Below are positions 52,563 to 61,740 of a stretch of DNA of 64,000 bases, piece after piece. How positions within the stretch are numbered: the first letter of the stretch is position 1; each line of letters starts with the position of its first letter. The translations under genes were made by a program, and so were the position numbers. The notes beneath the pieces were generated by a model that saw nothing but the letters and a program-made list of their open reading frames with translations, was not told the DNA's origin and did not search any database. The DNA lies in NCBI GenBank assembly GCA_963716725.1, contig CAVQUB010000001.1, positions 160,001-224,000 of the forward strand, read 5' to 3'. Source of the DNA: an uncultured delta proteobacterium (GTDB lineage Bacteria; Myxococcota_A; Polyangia; Polyangiales; Polyangiaceae).

Positions 52563-53402
52563 TCGCGCGCGCTCGCCGTCGGTTTCGAGGCAAACGTGGT
52601 AGCGCTGACCGCTCTTCTCGATGCGGGGCACGCGAGCGGCGTTGACGTACAGGACGCCGTCGGTCTCGACGAGCCACTTGCGCTCGCCGCCGCCCTTCAG
52701 CCGATGGTGCATGTGCCCGGCGACGACCGCCAGCACGCGCTTGCCAACCTGCTTGGCGTGATCGATGGCGGTCCGAAGGTCCGCGTCGCCGAAGTCGCCC
52801 TCGACCTTGCGAAAGTCGCACCCCCAGATGTCGTGTCTTCGCGCTCCCAGTCCGTTCGGGCCGTTGTGCCCCAGGAACACCACGCGATCGTGAGGCGCGT
52901 CGTCCACGAGCTGGCACAAACGCTCCGCCGACTCCGCCAGAGAGCGCACGCCGTATTTGGCCTCGAGATGCCGGGAGAACGCGAAGAACCCGCCGCCCTG
53001 GGAGTGAGGTCGCGCTGCGATCAGGCTCAGCCGCAGCTCGGCGCGCCGCACTTCGTGCAGGCTGTACCCCGCGAGCGGAACCGGGCCGAGCATGGCCGCG
53101 AGATCACGGCAACGGCGGTCCTGTCCGCGCCCCATCCATCGTGCGAGCGACCGACGCTCCAGGGTCTCGGCGGCGAGGTGCGGCAGGCTCACGCCGTCGT
53201 GGTTGCCCGGGATGACGAGCGCCGGAGTGATCAGGCGCGCGATGCTCGAAGCCACGGCGAGCGCGTCCCGGCGATAGCCCGCGAGATCGCCGACGAAGGC
53301 CACCAGGTCGTAGCGCGCGCGATCGATGAGCTCGACGTCCTGGTCGTCCCAATGCAGGTGCACGTCGCCGACGACGCCGATGCGTATCGCCGTGCGATCC
53401 AT
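52536..53402 (-). CDS. Calcineurin-like metallophosphoesterase
   Basis: GDVH, FVGD, GNHD, GHNGP, GHMH. Confidence 0.9.
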   Translation of the reverse strand: MDRTAIRIGVVGDVHLHWDDQDVELIDRARYDLVAFVGDLAGYRRDALAVASSIARLITPALVIPGNHDGVSLPHLAAETLERRSLARWMGRGQDRRCRDLAAMLGPVPLAGYSLHEVRRAELRLSLIAARPHSQGGGFFAFSRHLEAKYGVRSLAESAERLCQLVDDAPHDRVVFLGHNGPNGLGARRHDIWGCDFRKVEGDFGDADLRTAIDHAKQVGKRVLAVVAGHMHHRLKGGGERKWLVETDGVLYVNAARVPRIEKSGQRYHVCLETDGERARAELVAVSA

Positions 53403-53899
53403 CAGTCCACGGGCGGGGTTCCGGAGACGGGGTGCTTCAGCTTTCCGTTGCACAGCCACTCGCAGCCGCAGACGATGAACTTGTGACCGCTCTCGGTGCA
53501 GGCGTCCTGGAACGCCGCGCTGGTGTCGGGGGGTGAGCAGTCTTTCTGCTCGGGCGGGCAGGGCTTCTCGCGGCTGTCGGCGTCGTAGCCTGACTTGGAG
53601 CCCTTGCGCCTGCCAGTGCATACGTTCGAACAGCCGCACTGCATGATGCGGAAGCCGGCGAGTCGACACTCGTCCTTGAACGCGAGCGGGACGTCGCCCG
53701 GCGTGCAGGACCGATCCGGTGGCGCGCAAATCAGCTCTTTGCCGCCGGCGTCGTAGACCTTCTGACCGGCCATGCGGTCCTTTGGCAGCTCCACGGGCGC
53801 AGGGTCAGCGGTCGGAGGGTTTGCTGGCGGCGAGCCGCCCGCGCAGCCGGCGAGTCCCAGTATCAGCCCGAGGTAGATCGGTGAGTTGGCCAGCGCCAT
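53402..53899 (-). CDS. Cys-rich lipoprotein with duplicated domain
   Basis: LAGC lipobox; two YDA..E..C.P...C...AF.D.C...G....CGC repeats. Confidence 0.8.
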   Translation of the reverse strand: MALANSPIYLGLILGLAGCAGGSPPANPPTADPAPVELPKDRMAGQKVYDAGGKELICAPPDRSCTPGDVPLAFKDECRLAGFRIMQCGCSNVCTGRRKGSKSGYDADSREKPCPPEQKDCSPPDTSAAFQDACTESGHKFIVCGCEWLCNGKLKHPVSGTPPVD

Positions 53900-53995
53900 G
53901 ACGGAGGTTTCTATCGTGGAGATTGTGCGCCGTCACCCCCCTCTCGGCGCTGCGCGTGAGGGAGCCGCGCTTTTGCGTCAGCGCCGCACAGAGGA

Positions 53996-54529
53996 CTAGA
54001 AGCGGTACTTCAGGTGGCAGCTCGTGCAACCCTCGAGCACCACGCCGAGCTGCTTGGTCGCTGCGGGCAGATCGTTGGCCTTGGAGGCCTTCAGGAGCTT
54101 CACGAGCTCGTCGTGGAAGGCCTCGTCCTGCTTCTTGAACTCGGCAACGCTGGCGCCGGCCTTCGGCGGCTTGTACTCGCCCTTCTCCAACGCCTTCTCG
54201 GTGACCATGCGCGCGCCGTGCACCTTGGAGATCCCTGGCGGAATGCTGGCGAGATCGTTCTGGGCGATGGCGGTCACCCAATCGCGGGTGGCCTCGTGGA
54301 GCGCGCGCATCTCCGCTTGAACCGGGTTGAGCTGCGGGGTGGGGGCCGGCGTGCTGGTGGGTGGCGCCGGCTGTGCATGATCGGCGTGCGCGTGCGGATC
54401 GGGTTTGGCCGCGGGAGCCGTCGCGCTGGGCGCCTCGGCAGTTGGGTGCAGATCTGCTGCCTTCTTGTCGCAGCCGGCAGCGAGGGCGATCAGCGAAACG
54501 ATTCCGATGGTGAGCGTCGATGGTCTCAT
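53996..54529 (-). CDS. Cytochrome c'-like lipoprotein
   Basis: AAGC lipobox, helical sequence, C-terminal CTSCH..YR. Confidence 0.85.
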   Translation of the reverse strand: MRPSTLTIGIVSLIALAAGCDKKAADLHPTAEAPSATAPAAKPDPHAHADHAQPAPPTSTPAPTPQLNPVQAEMRALHEATRDWVTAIAQNDLASIPPGISKVHGARMVTEKALEKGEYKPPKAGASVAEFKKQDEAFHDELVKLLKASKANDLPAATKQLGVVLEGCTSCHLKYRF

Positions 54530-54942
54530 GCGCGAGCCTTTCTACAGCCGATATGTTTGCATCCGAGCCACGCGATGGCGGTCCACAGCCCGGTCCGGAA
54601 GGTCATTGCGAGCACCGTGCGGAGTTCGTGGGCGGTTCCGAGCACGACGTGAACGCCAAAGGCCAGATAAACCAGCGCGGTGAAAGCTGCAATGGCCACC
54701 GATAGCCGCGCGGCGCCTGGGCTGCCACGCCACAGGCCGATGCCGGCCACGACATAGGCGAACCCGGCGACGAAGTTGAACCACAGCACGAAGGGCACGA
54801 TTTCGCCGGCGGCGATGCGAGCGCTCTCCGGCCCGAACAATACGCGGCCACCCGAGAAGACGGTAGCGATGCCGAAGAGCACGGCCACGACCGCCGCTAA
54901 GCGCAACGCGAGGGGTTTAGGGGTTGCTCGGATCGTTTCCAT
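54526..54942 (-). CDS. Four-TM membrane protein
   Basis: VPFVLWFNFVAGFAYVVAGIGLW; ATGA overlap with the cytochrome gene. Confidence 0.85.
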   Translation of the reverse strand: METIRATPKPLALRLAAVVAVLFGIATVFSGGRVLFGPESARIAAGEIVPFVLWFNFVAGFAYVVAGIGLWRGSPGAARLSVAIAAFTALVYLAFGVHVVLGTAHELRTVLAMTFRTGLWTAIAWLGCKHIGCRKARA

Positions 54943-55540
54943 GGTCCTTGGTGGTCAACAGTCGTCGTAGCGACCGCCACGCGCTGGTCGGATCGAGCCG
55001 TCCGGAGCGTCGTCGCGAGTTCGGCGCGGGGCTCGACCCGGCGGCGCCGTGCAGCACCCCGGTGAACGTCCACACGAGCACCTCGATGGGCACGTCGTCG
55101 CGAACGACCTGTTGCTGACGCGCGCGCGTCAGGTGCTCGCGGATGAACTCGATGGAGCGTTTCACCACGGCGCGCACTCGAGCGGCGCCCTCTCTGCCCG
55201 CGACTTCGGTCAAGCGGTCGCTCAGGGCCAAGCGCAGAAACTCCGGCCGCTGTCGCGCCAGGACCAGTCGGCGATGAAAGAACTCGGACAGAGTCTCGAG
55301 GGGATCCGAGCCGGGTTCGGGGAACGTCCCGGCCATCTGCAACTCGAAGGCATCGATGGCCGCGTCCACGATCGCTTCTTTGCTGGCGAAGTGCCGGAAC
55401 AGCGAGCCGTCTCGCACGCCCACGCGGGCCGCGATGGCGCGGGAGGTCAGGCCGCCGACCCCCTGAGTGGCGAGGATTTCCAGGGCCGATGCCGCGATTT
55501 GCAGGCGCCGCTCGGCCGCGGGGAGGCGTTTAGCTAGCAA
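54917..55540 (-). CDS. TetR/AcrR-family regulator
   Basis: ERRLQIA..ALE...G...LT..AIA.RVGV..GSLFRHF.SKE. Confidence 0.9.
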   Translation of the reverse strand: MLAKRLPAAERRLQIAASALEILATQGVGGLTSRAIAARVGVRDGSLFRHFASKEAIVDAAIDAFELQMAGTFPEPGSDPLETLSEFFHRRLVLARQRPEFLRLALSDRLTEVAGREGAARVRAVVKRSIEFIREHLTRARQQQVVRDDVPIEVLVWTFTGVLHGAAGSSPAPNSRRRSGRLDPTSAWRSLRRLLTTKDHGNDPSNP

Positions 55541-55577
55541 GTGCTCGCTAGCTTATGGCTTCGGGTTGCGGCGTCAA
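55532..55577 (-). promoter_or_regulatory. Sigma-70-like promoter and palindromic operator over the tetR start
   Basis: Minus strand TTGACG-N16-TAAGCT; AGCTAGC-N8-GCTAGCT at 55532-55553. Confidence 0.65.
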
Positions 55578-55644
55578 CCGGCAGCGAGTGGTAGATTCTC
55601 GGGGTGATGGGCCCGCGGGTGCTTTGGGGCGGGGGACGCGCGCG

Positions 55645-56418
55645 ATGATGCGGGCGCTGGCTGCATTGGCGGCGCTGGTGCTGGTCGCCTGTGGCACCAC
55701 CGCCTCCGACGAGGACGACAGCATCCCGACGGGCGGTGGTGGGAGTGGCGGCAGCTCCGGCGACGGCGGCATCATCCCGTCGGCGGGCTTTCCCGGATAC
55801 GACGGGGGTGGCGGATCACCGAGCGGCGGCGGCGGGTGGCCGAGCGGTGGCGGATCACCGAGCGGTGGCGGCTCGCCGAGCGGCGGCGGCTCGCCGAGCG
55901 GTGGCGGATCACCGAGCGGCGGCGGGTCATCGAGCGGCGGCGGCGGATCACCGAGCGGTGGCGGCGGGCCATCGAGCGGCGGCGGCGGATCACCGAGCGG
56001 TGGCGGCGGATCACCGAGCGGTGGCGGCGGATCACCGAGCGGTGGCGGCGGATCACCGAGCGGTGGCGGCGGGTCGAGTCAGTGTGGTGTGCTCCTGCCC
56101 GGCCAGTCCTTGTCCGCCGGTCAGAGCAAGAAGTCCTGCGACAAGCGCTTCGAGCTCGCGATGCAGACCGACAACAACCTCGTGCTCTACGGTCCTCCGG
56201 GCGCGCTCTGGTCGACCAACAGCGTCGGCACCGGTGCGAACGCCGCCGTCATGCAGAGTGACGGAAACTTCGTCCTATACGCGCCCGGCGGCGCTCCGAA
56301 GTGGGACTCGAAGACCGGCGGCAAAGCCGGGGCGTACCTGGCGATTCAGGATGACGGCAACATGGTCGTCTACCTGGGCGGGGCGGCGCTCTGGAATTCG
56401 AAGACCTGCTGCTATTGA
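55645..56418 (+). CDS. Bulb-type (B-type) mannose-binding lectin lipoprotein
   Basis: LVAC lipobox; three QxDxNxVxY motifs (QTDNNLVLY, QSDGNFVLY, QDDGNMVVY). Confidence 0.92.
   Translation: MMRALAALAALVLVACGTTASDEDDSIPTGGGGSGGSSGDGGIIPSAGFPGYDGGGGSPSGGGGWPSGGGSPSGGGSPSGGGSPSGGGSPSGGGSSSGGGGSPSGGGGPSSGGGGSPSGGGGSPSGGGGSPSGGGGSPSGGGGSSQCGVLLPGQSLSAGQSKKSCDKRFELAMQTDNNLVLYGPPGALWSTNSVGTGANAAVMQSDGNFVLYAPGGAPKWDSKTGGKAGAYLAIQDDGNMVVYLGGAALWNSKTCCY
55804..56073 (+). repeat. Coding tandem repeat (18-21-bp units, GGGSPS linker)
   Basis: Repeated GGCGGCGGATCACCGAGCGGT. Confidence 0.9.
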
Positions 56419-56533
56419 GGGCGCAGTTGCGCCCACCTGTCGTCGCCTCTGGGGAATTGATATAGGGGGCGCCGTCGGCGGTGCCTCGCACCGACCGATC
56501 CGAACGCGTGCGTTCGGTGCACGGGAGGCATGC

Positions 56534-59500
56534 ATGTCGAAGAACTTCCTGCGGCGGTCCATCGCCGCGCTCTCCATCATCGGTTGCTCTCTGCTCGCGG
56601 GTTGCGCCGAAGAGCGCGACCCCATCAACCAGGTCCAGGCCAATGCCTTGGCAAAGAGCTTCTTCGTCGGTGAGCTGGCGAAGCCCGAGGACGATCCCGA
56701 GTTCTACATGCGCGTCACCGTGGTGGACGTGGACTCCGGCGCGGGCTCGGACGGCCTGTTCACCAACAGCGACGCCCAGCCCACCATGCGTGTGCGCTGG
56801 GAAATCACCGAGAACCTGCTGCTCGCGCGCCTGACCTACGAACGCATCGACAACACCGACGGCAAGGGCGTACGCCGCACTCCCGACGGTCAAGCCGTCG
56901 CGGCCTACACCATCGAGAGTCACTTCGACATCAAGCGCTCGTACAACGAGAGCACCGGCGAAGAGCTGAACGTGATCGTCGAGAACGACACGGATCGGCC
57001 GTGGTTCCGTCGAGAGCACTTTCGCGTCGATTGGTCGAAGAACCTGATCACCACGGCCTACGAGCTCGACACGCTCTCGCAGCTCGGCATCTACTACGGC
57101 GTCGAGGTCGAACCGGTCGCGTACTACGTGAACGACCCGGCCCACGCCGACACGCCGGTTTTCGACCGGAAGCGCGGCTACTTCGATGTGACCCACAAGG
57201 TCTGGGCGAAACCCCAGGTCATCAAGGACGAGATCTGGGGGGACTTTCCCGCGTGCTGGCTGTACGGCAGCTTCCCGAGCACGAACTGCAACCCCAGCGA
57301 GGTCACGCTGCGGCAGTCGTATCTGAAGATCGAGGACACCGACTACGAGCCGCTCGAGTACGACGGCACGAAGATGGACATGTTTGGCCTCTTCACCGTC
57401 GATCGCTTCGGCTACGACCGGAGCTACGGCGTGGTCGATGATCGCTGGCACCGCTTCGGCGCCCGCTGGAACCTCTGGCAGCGCTCCCACGCCGAACCCG
57501 TGGTGGCCTGCAACACGCCCGAGTCGACCCCGATCGGAGCTGACCCGCATCGCGACGACGACCAGAGCGGAACCGAGGACGAGTGCGAGAGCGTGGGACG
57601 CGGCAGCCGCTGCGACAAAGTCGTCGGCGAGTGCACGATCCCGCTCCGGGACCGCCAGAGCCGCACCATTGCCTGGCACGTGAATCCGGGTTTCCCCGGC
57701 GATCTCTTCGCGTCGACGAACGAGCAACTCTCGGCATGGAACGACGCCGTGCGCGTCGCCGTGCTCGCGGGTCGACTCGCCGAGTGCCGCCGCACCGGTG
57801 AACAGGGCTGCGAGGCCACGCACGGTTGGCCGGCGCGTTGGTCAGACGATTTCGTGCCGCCCGTGGGCAAGGCCATGGGCGCCGAGGTGCCGAACATCTT
57901 CGTGCTCTGTCACAACCCCGTGTCGAGCGCGGAGGGTGACGATCCGGCCTGTGGCAAAGACGGGACTGCGCCCCGGATTGGCGACCTGCGCTACAACATT
58001 CTGGCGGTGATTCAGGACCCGCAGATCATGGCTCCGTGGGGCATCATGATGGACGCAGAGGATCCGCTGACCGGCGAGAAGATCGCGGGCTCGGTGGCCG
58101 AGTGGGGCTCGGTGCTCGATCGCGCCGCAGCGACGCTGGCGGATCTGGTCGGCCTCATCAATGGTCAGATCGAGCCCGACCAGTACATCAAGGGGCAGAA
58201 CGTGAGCGACTGGGTCGCCGCCAATCAGCCCAAGGGCTCCGCGCAGAAGCTCCCGGGTCTCTCGAAGGAAGAGCTCTCGTCCCGCCGCGGGGCCTTCGAT
58301 CCGAAGGTGCTCACCAAGTACCTGGAGGGCGCTCCGACCGGCAAGCCGCACCGCCATCCGCTGGCCAAACGCGCGGCGCGCGCGAAGTTCCTGCTCGACT
58401 CGGGCAAGCTGGGTCCGGGCAACGCCGCGCTCTCGGCGCGCATGTCCGCCCTTCGGGGCAGCGCTGTCGAGGCGAGCCTGGTCACGCCGGAGATGGTTCA
58501 GGCCTCCGGGGCCGATCCCAGCGTGGCCCCCAGCGCCGAGGCGATCCGTCGATCGTCGCCCTTCGACCGACGCATGAACCCGACCCTGCGGGCCTCCGAT
58601 CGGCGCGCGCGAATGCTCGGGAACGCCAAGCGCCACGCCTGTCGCTACGACGCCATTGAGCCCGACAACCTGCTCGGCATCGCGCGGCGGGTGGCCAACA
58701 GCTTCCCGGCGCCCGATCCGAAGGACAAGGCGGCCGTGAACGCCTACAAGAAGCAGGTTGTCGACTGGGCACGCGCCGAGCTCAACCGCGGCGTCATGGC
58801 CCACGAGATCGGCCACTCGATGGGGCTCCGACACAACTTCGGAGCCTCCTTCGACTCGCTCAACTACGAGCCGGAGTACTGGCAGCTGCGCACCGGCGAC
58901 GGCAAGATCACCGCCGCCTGCGCCGATGGCACCACCGATGGCTCCGGCTGCGTCGGTCCCCGCTGGCGTGACCCGATCGGCAACGCCGAGATCGACGGCG
59001 AGATCCAGCGCTACTCGACCTCGAGCGTGATGGACTACCCGGGTGAGCACAGTCAAGACATGGTCTTGCCTGGCAAGTACGATCGCGCGGGCGTGCGTTT
59101 CACCTACGGTGGGGTGGTCGACGTATGGGCGAAGCAGGGCGTGAGCGTGAGCGGTGCTGGCGCGGCCAAGGCCCAGGCTTACAAGCTGACCGCGTTCACC
59201 AACAGCCCGGGTCTGTTCGGCGTCCACTACTTCCCGCCGGTCGACATCAACGATCCCTACGAATTCATCCACTACAGCCAGTACCAGAAGGAGTTCGGGC
59301 TGATCAGCGGCTGCGCCGTGGACTCGGCCGCGGCCCTCGGCACGCGCTGTGAGCAGGCGGAGATGGACGTGGTGGACTACCGGGACATGGAGGACTTCGC
59401 GTCCGACCCGGACTACGCGTCCTTCTCGTGGGCAGTGCAGGCTCGGGCCGTCGATCCCGGCGGACGCGTTCGCCGGGGGTATTTGTTCTCCAGTGACGAG

Positions 59501-60844
59501 TACGCGGACACCGGCAACGTGCCGTCGTTCAGCATGGACTCCGGCGCCGACGCCTACGAACAGGTGCGCTTCCTCGAGCAGGGCTTCGAGAACCGCTACG
59601 TCTTGGACTCGTTCCGGCGCAATCGGGTGGAGTTCAACTCCTTCGACGTGACCTCGCGCATCCAGTACCGGTACCTGGACAAGATCCAGCAGATCAGCAA
59701 GGCCTTCGCCTTCGGCGCCGTGCTCGAGGGTGACCCCACAGCGCCGCCGACCGCGCTGCTCGCTGACGGCAACTTTGGTCCACTGGCCCTCGCAGCCAGC
59801 CACGGCCTCGATCTCTTCGCCCGCATCCTGACCCGCCCGGAGCCTGGCTACTATTGTCCGGCCTCCATCTGCGGCGGGGGGCAGCCAGTCGGCGTGCAGA
59901 CCGAGCTGTTCGCAGCGGACTCGGCGCCTCTGCCGGACGTGTTTGCGTACGACTTCCGCGTCGCGCTCGGCGACGGGCGCTATCTGCACAACGAGTTCGA
60001 CTACTCGCAGGGTTACTTCTGGGGCGACTACCAGACCCAGGTCGGCGCGTATTACGAGAAGATCTGGGCGACCTACTACCTGGCCGAGGCCTTCGACTCC
60101 TTCGTGTCCAACTCGAAGGAGGACTTCTACGACTCGCGCTACAAGAACGTGAGTTTCGCCACCGTCTACCCGGAGCAAGTCCGGCGCCTGTACTCGTCGC
60201 TCTTGACCGGTGATCTCGACACCTTTGCGCCTTGGGTCGCGGTCAAGACCAACCCGAACGACACGCCGCTCGGAACCCTGACCTACCCCAAGTGGCATGA
60301 CGCGACGGATCTCGGCACGCGCCCCGCGAGCGCATGCCTCGCCGATCCGAACTACGGCTTCAACCCCCAGCTCTACGCCATGGTTTGGGGCAGCATCTAC
60401 TTTCCCACCAACTGGTCGAGCTCGTGGGTCCACGACGCGCGCATCGCGGTCTTGCCCAACGAACTTCCCGACTGGCCGGCGGACGAGGTCATCAAGTTCA
60501 GCTACCCGCCGAGCGGGCTCACTTACCGGGCGCACCGCACGGGCACCGAGACCTTGTTCGGTCAGGTGCGGGACAAGAGCGTGGGCGCCCGCATGCTCGG
60601 GTGGGCCAACCACCTGCTGGCGCTCGTCTACAAGGTTCAGCTCGACACCAACGGCAAGCCTGTCTTCAACGCCGACGGGACGCCGGCCTTGGAGCTCGAC
60701 GTCAACGGCAAGCCCCAGAAGAGCGGCGCCAACCCCGGAGCCGAGGCGGCGCTACAGAAATACGTCGATCAGATCGACCTGTTTCGGCAGCTCACCGCGA
60801 AGTTCGTGATGCCGCTCGACGGCGACAGCTTGCCAGCGCCCTGA
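56534..60844 (+). CDS. Large zinc-dependent metalloprotease lipoprotein
   Basis: RBS GGGAGG; LAGC lipobox; HEIGHSMGLRHNF and SSVMDY Met-turn. Confidence 0.9.
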   Translation: MSKNFLRRSIAALSIIGCSLLAGCAEERDPINQVQANALAKSFFVGELAKPEDDPEFYMRVTVVDVDSGAGSDGLFTNSDAQPTMRVRWEITENLLLARLTYERIDNTDGKGVRRTPDGQAVAAYTIESHFDIKRSYNESTGEELNVIVENDTDRPWFRREHFRVDWSKNLITTAYELDTLSQLGIYYGVEVEPVAYYVNDPAHADTPVFDRKRGYFDVTHKVWAKPQVIKDEIWGDFPACWLYGSFPSTNCNPSEVTLRQSYLKIEDTDYEPLEYDGTKMDMFGLFTVDRFGYDRSYGVVDDRWHRFGARWNLWQRSHAEPVVACNTPESTPIGADPHRDDDQSGTEDECESVGRGSRCDKVVGECTIPLRDRQSRTIAWHVNPGFPGDLFASTNEQLSAWNDAVRVAVLAGRLAECRRTGEQGCEATHGWPARWSDDFVPPVGKAMGAEVPNIFVLCHNPVSSAEGDDPACGKDGTAPRIGDLRYNILAVIQDPQIMAPWGIMMDAEDPLTGEKIAGSVAEWGSVLDRAAATLADLVGLINGQIEPDQYIKGQNVSDWVAANQPKGSAQKLPGLSKEELSSRRGAFDPKVLTKYLEGAPTGKPHRHPLAKRAARAKFLLDSGKLGPGNAALSARMSALRGSAVEASLVTPEMVQASGADPSVAPSAEAIRRSSPFDRRMNPTLRASDRRARMLGNAKRHACRYDAIEPDNLLGIARRVANSFPAPDPKDKAAVNAYKKQVVDWARAELNRGVMAHEIGHSMGLRHNFGASFDSLNYEPEYWQLRTGDGKITAACADGTTDGSGCVGPRWRDPIGNAEIDGEIQRYSTSSVMDYPGEHSQDMVLPGKYDRAGVRFTYGGVVDVWAKQGVSVSGAGAAKAQAYKLTAFTNSPGLFGVHYFPPVDINDPYEFIHYSQYQKEFGLISGCAVDSAAALGTRCEQAEMDVVDYRDMEDFASDPDYASFSWAVQARAVDPGGRVRRGYLFSSDEYADTGNVPSFSMDSGADAYEQVRFLEQGFENRYVLDSFRRNRVEFNSFDVTSRIQYRYLDKIQQISKAFAFGAVLEGDPTAPPTALLADGNFGPLALAASHGLDLFARILTRPEPGYYCPASICGGGQPVGVQTELFAADSAPLPDVFAYDFRVALGDGRYLHNEFDYSQGYFWGDYQTQVGAYYEKIWATYYLAEAFDSFVSNSKEDFYDSRYKNVSFATVYPEQVRRLYSSLLTGDLDTFAPWVAVKTNPNDTPLGTLTYPKWHDATDLGTRPASACLADPNYGFNPQLYAMVWGSIYFPTNWSSSWVHDARIAVLPNELPDWPADEVIKFSYPPSGLTYRAHRTGTETLFGQVRDKSVGARMLGWANHLLALVYKVQLDTNGKPVFNADGTPALELDVNGKPQKSGANPGAEAALQKYVDQIDLFRQLTAKFVMPLDGDSLPAP

Positions 60845-60859
60845 AGCAGCGCGACCGCG

Positions 60860-61582
60860 CTAGCAAGTCGGGCAACCGCAGGTCACGCCCTTGACCCCAG
60901 ACAGGTCATTGCACGTGTTGAAGTTCCCCGTGCAGACGCTCGGACCGAAGCAGGAGCAGCTGGCGTTGCCGCCGCAGGCCAGCGGCACGTCGACGCAGTG
61001 GTGCTTCGGTCCGGGTTTCGCGATGTAGGTCACGCAAGCTGATTGGGAGTCGCAGTCCGCGCAACCCGTGACGTCTTTGCACTCGGTGGTCGGCACGCAC
61101 GCACCAGTCCAGCAGCTGCCCTTCACCTGCGGAACCTCGCCGGCGGGGCATTTGGGCGGCATGCCCAAGCACACCACGCCGGTGGTGTTGCAGTCGAAGC
61201 CGACCACGCAGCGTCCGGCGATGCAGGAGACCTCGGTGGACGAGACGCCGAGCACGCCGCACTTCTTGGTGGTGCAACCCAGTTTGCAGATGCCCGGGTT
61301 CGCGGACTTGGGAATGCCCTCGCAGGAGCAGCAATCTTCGAAGACCTTGCAGTCGCTGGCTTCCTTGCACTCGGGCAGAGCCGCCACTCCGCCTCCTGTG
61401 CCTCCTGTGCCCCCAGTGCCTCCGGTGGTCGTGCCGCCTGTGCCTCCGGTAGTCGTGCCGCCAGTGCCTCCGGTGACGGAGCCTCCGGTGCTCGAGCCCC
61501 CGGTTCCGGTCCCGTCCTCGGATTCGCCCCCGCACGAAACCGCCAGCGTCGAAGCTACGATCAAGACAGCAAAGCCACGCAT
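60860..61582 (-). CDS. Cys-rich lipoprotein
   Basis: AVSC lipobox, GGT linker, many Cys. Confidence 0.8.
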   Translation of the reverse strand: MRGFAVLIVASTLAVSCGGESEDGTGTGGSSTGGSVTGGTGGTTTGGTGGTTTGGTGGTGGTGGGVAALPECKEASDCKVFEDCCSCEGIPKSANPGICKLGCTTKKCGVLGVSSTEVSCIAGRCVVGFDCNTTGVVCLGMPPKCPAGEVPQVKGSCWTGACVPTTECKDVTGCADCDSQSACVTYIAKPGPKHHCVDVPLACGGNASCSCFGPSVCTGNFNTCNDLSGVKGVTCGCPTC

Positions 61583-61740
61583 CTCTGACCTCCCAATCCC
61601 TGAGCAATACGGGGAGCGCGCTCCGCCGGCAAGCGGAGCCCACGCAAACTGTCGGCGCGACGCGACCCGGAGCCCGCCTGACGCCGAGCGCCGAAGGGGC
61701 TACTATCGAGCTGTCCCGCGCGCTCGATGAGGAATGGACG

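Noticed and set aside
55804..56073. Regular repeats as a CRISPR array
   Set aside because: No unique spacers, in-frame Gly/Ser linker, and no cas genes.
57842..60613. Long antisense/alternate-frame ORFs (also 5164-7377, 14629-16509, 42983-44335, 12672-14168)
   Set aside because: Shadow ORFs of high-GC genes with no recognisable motifs.
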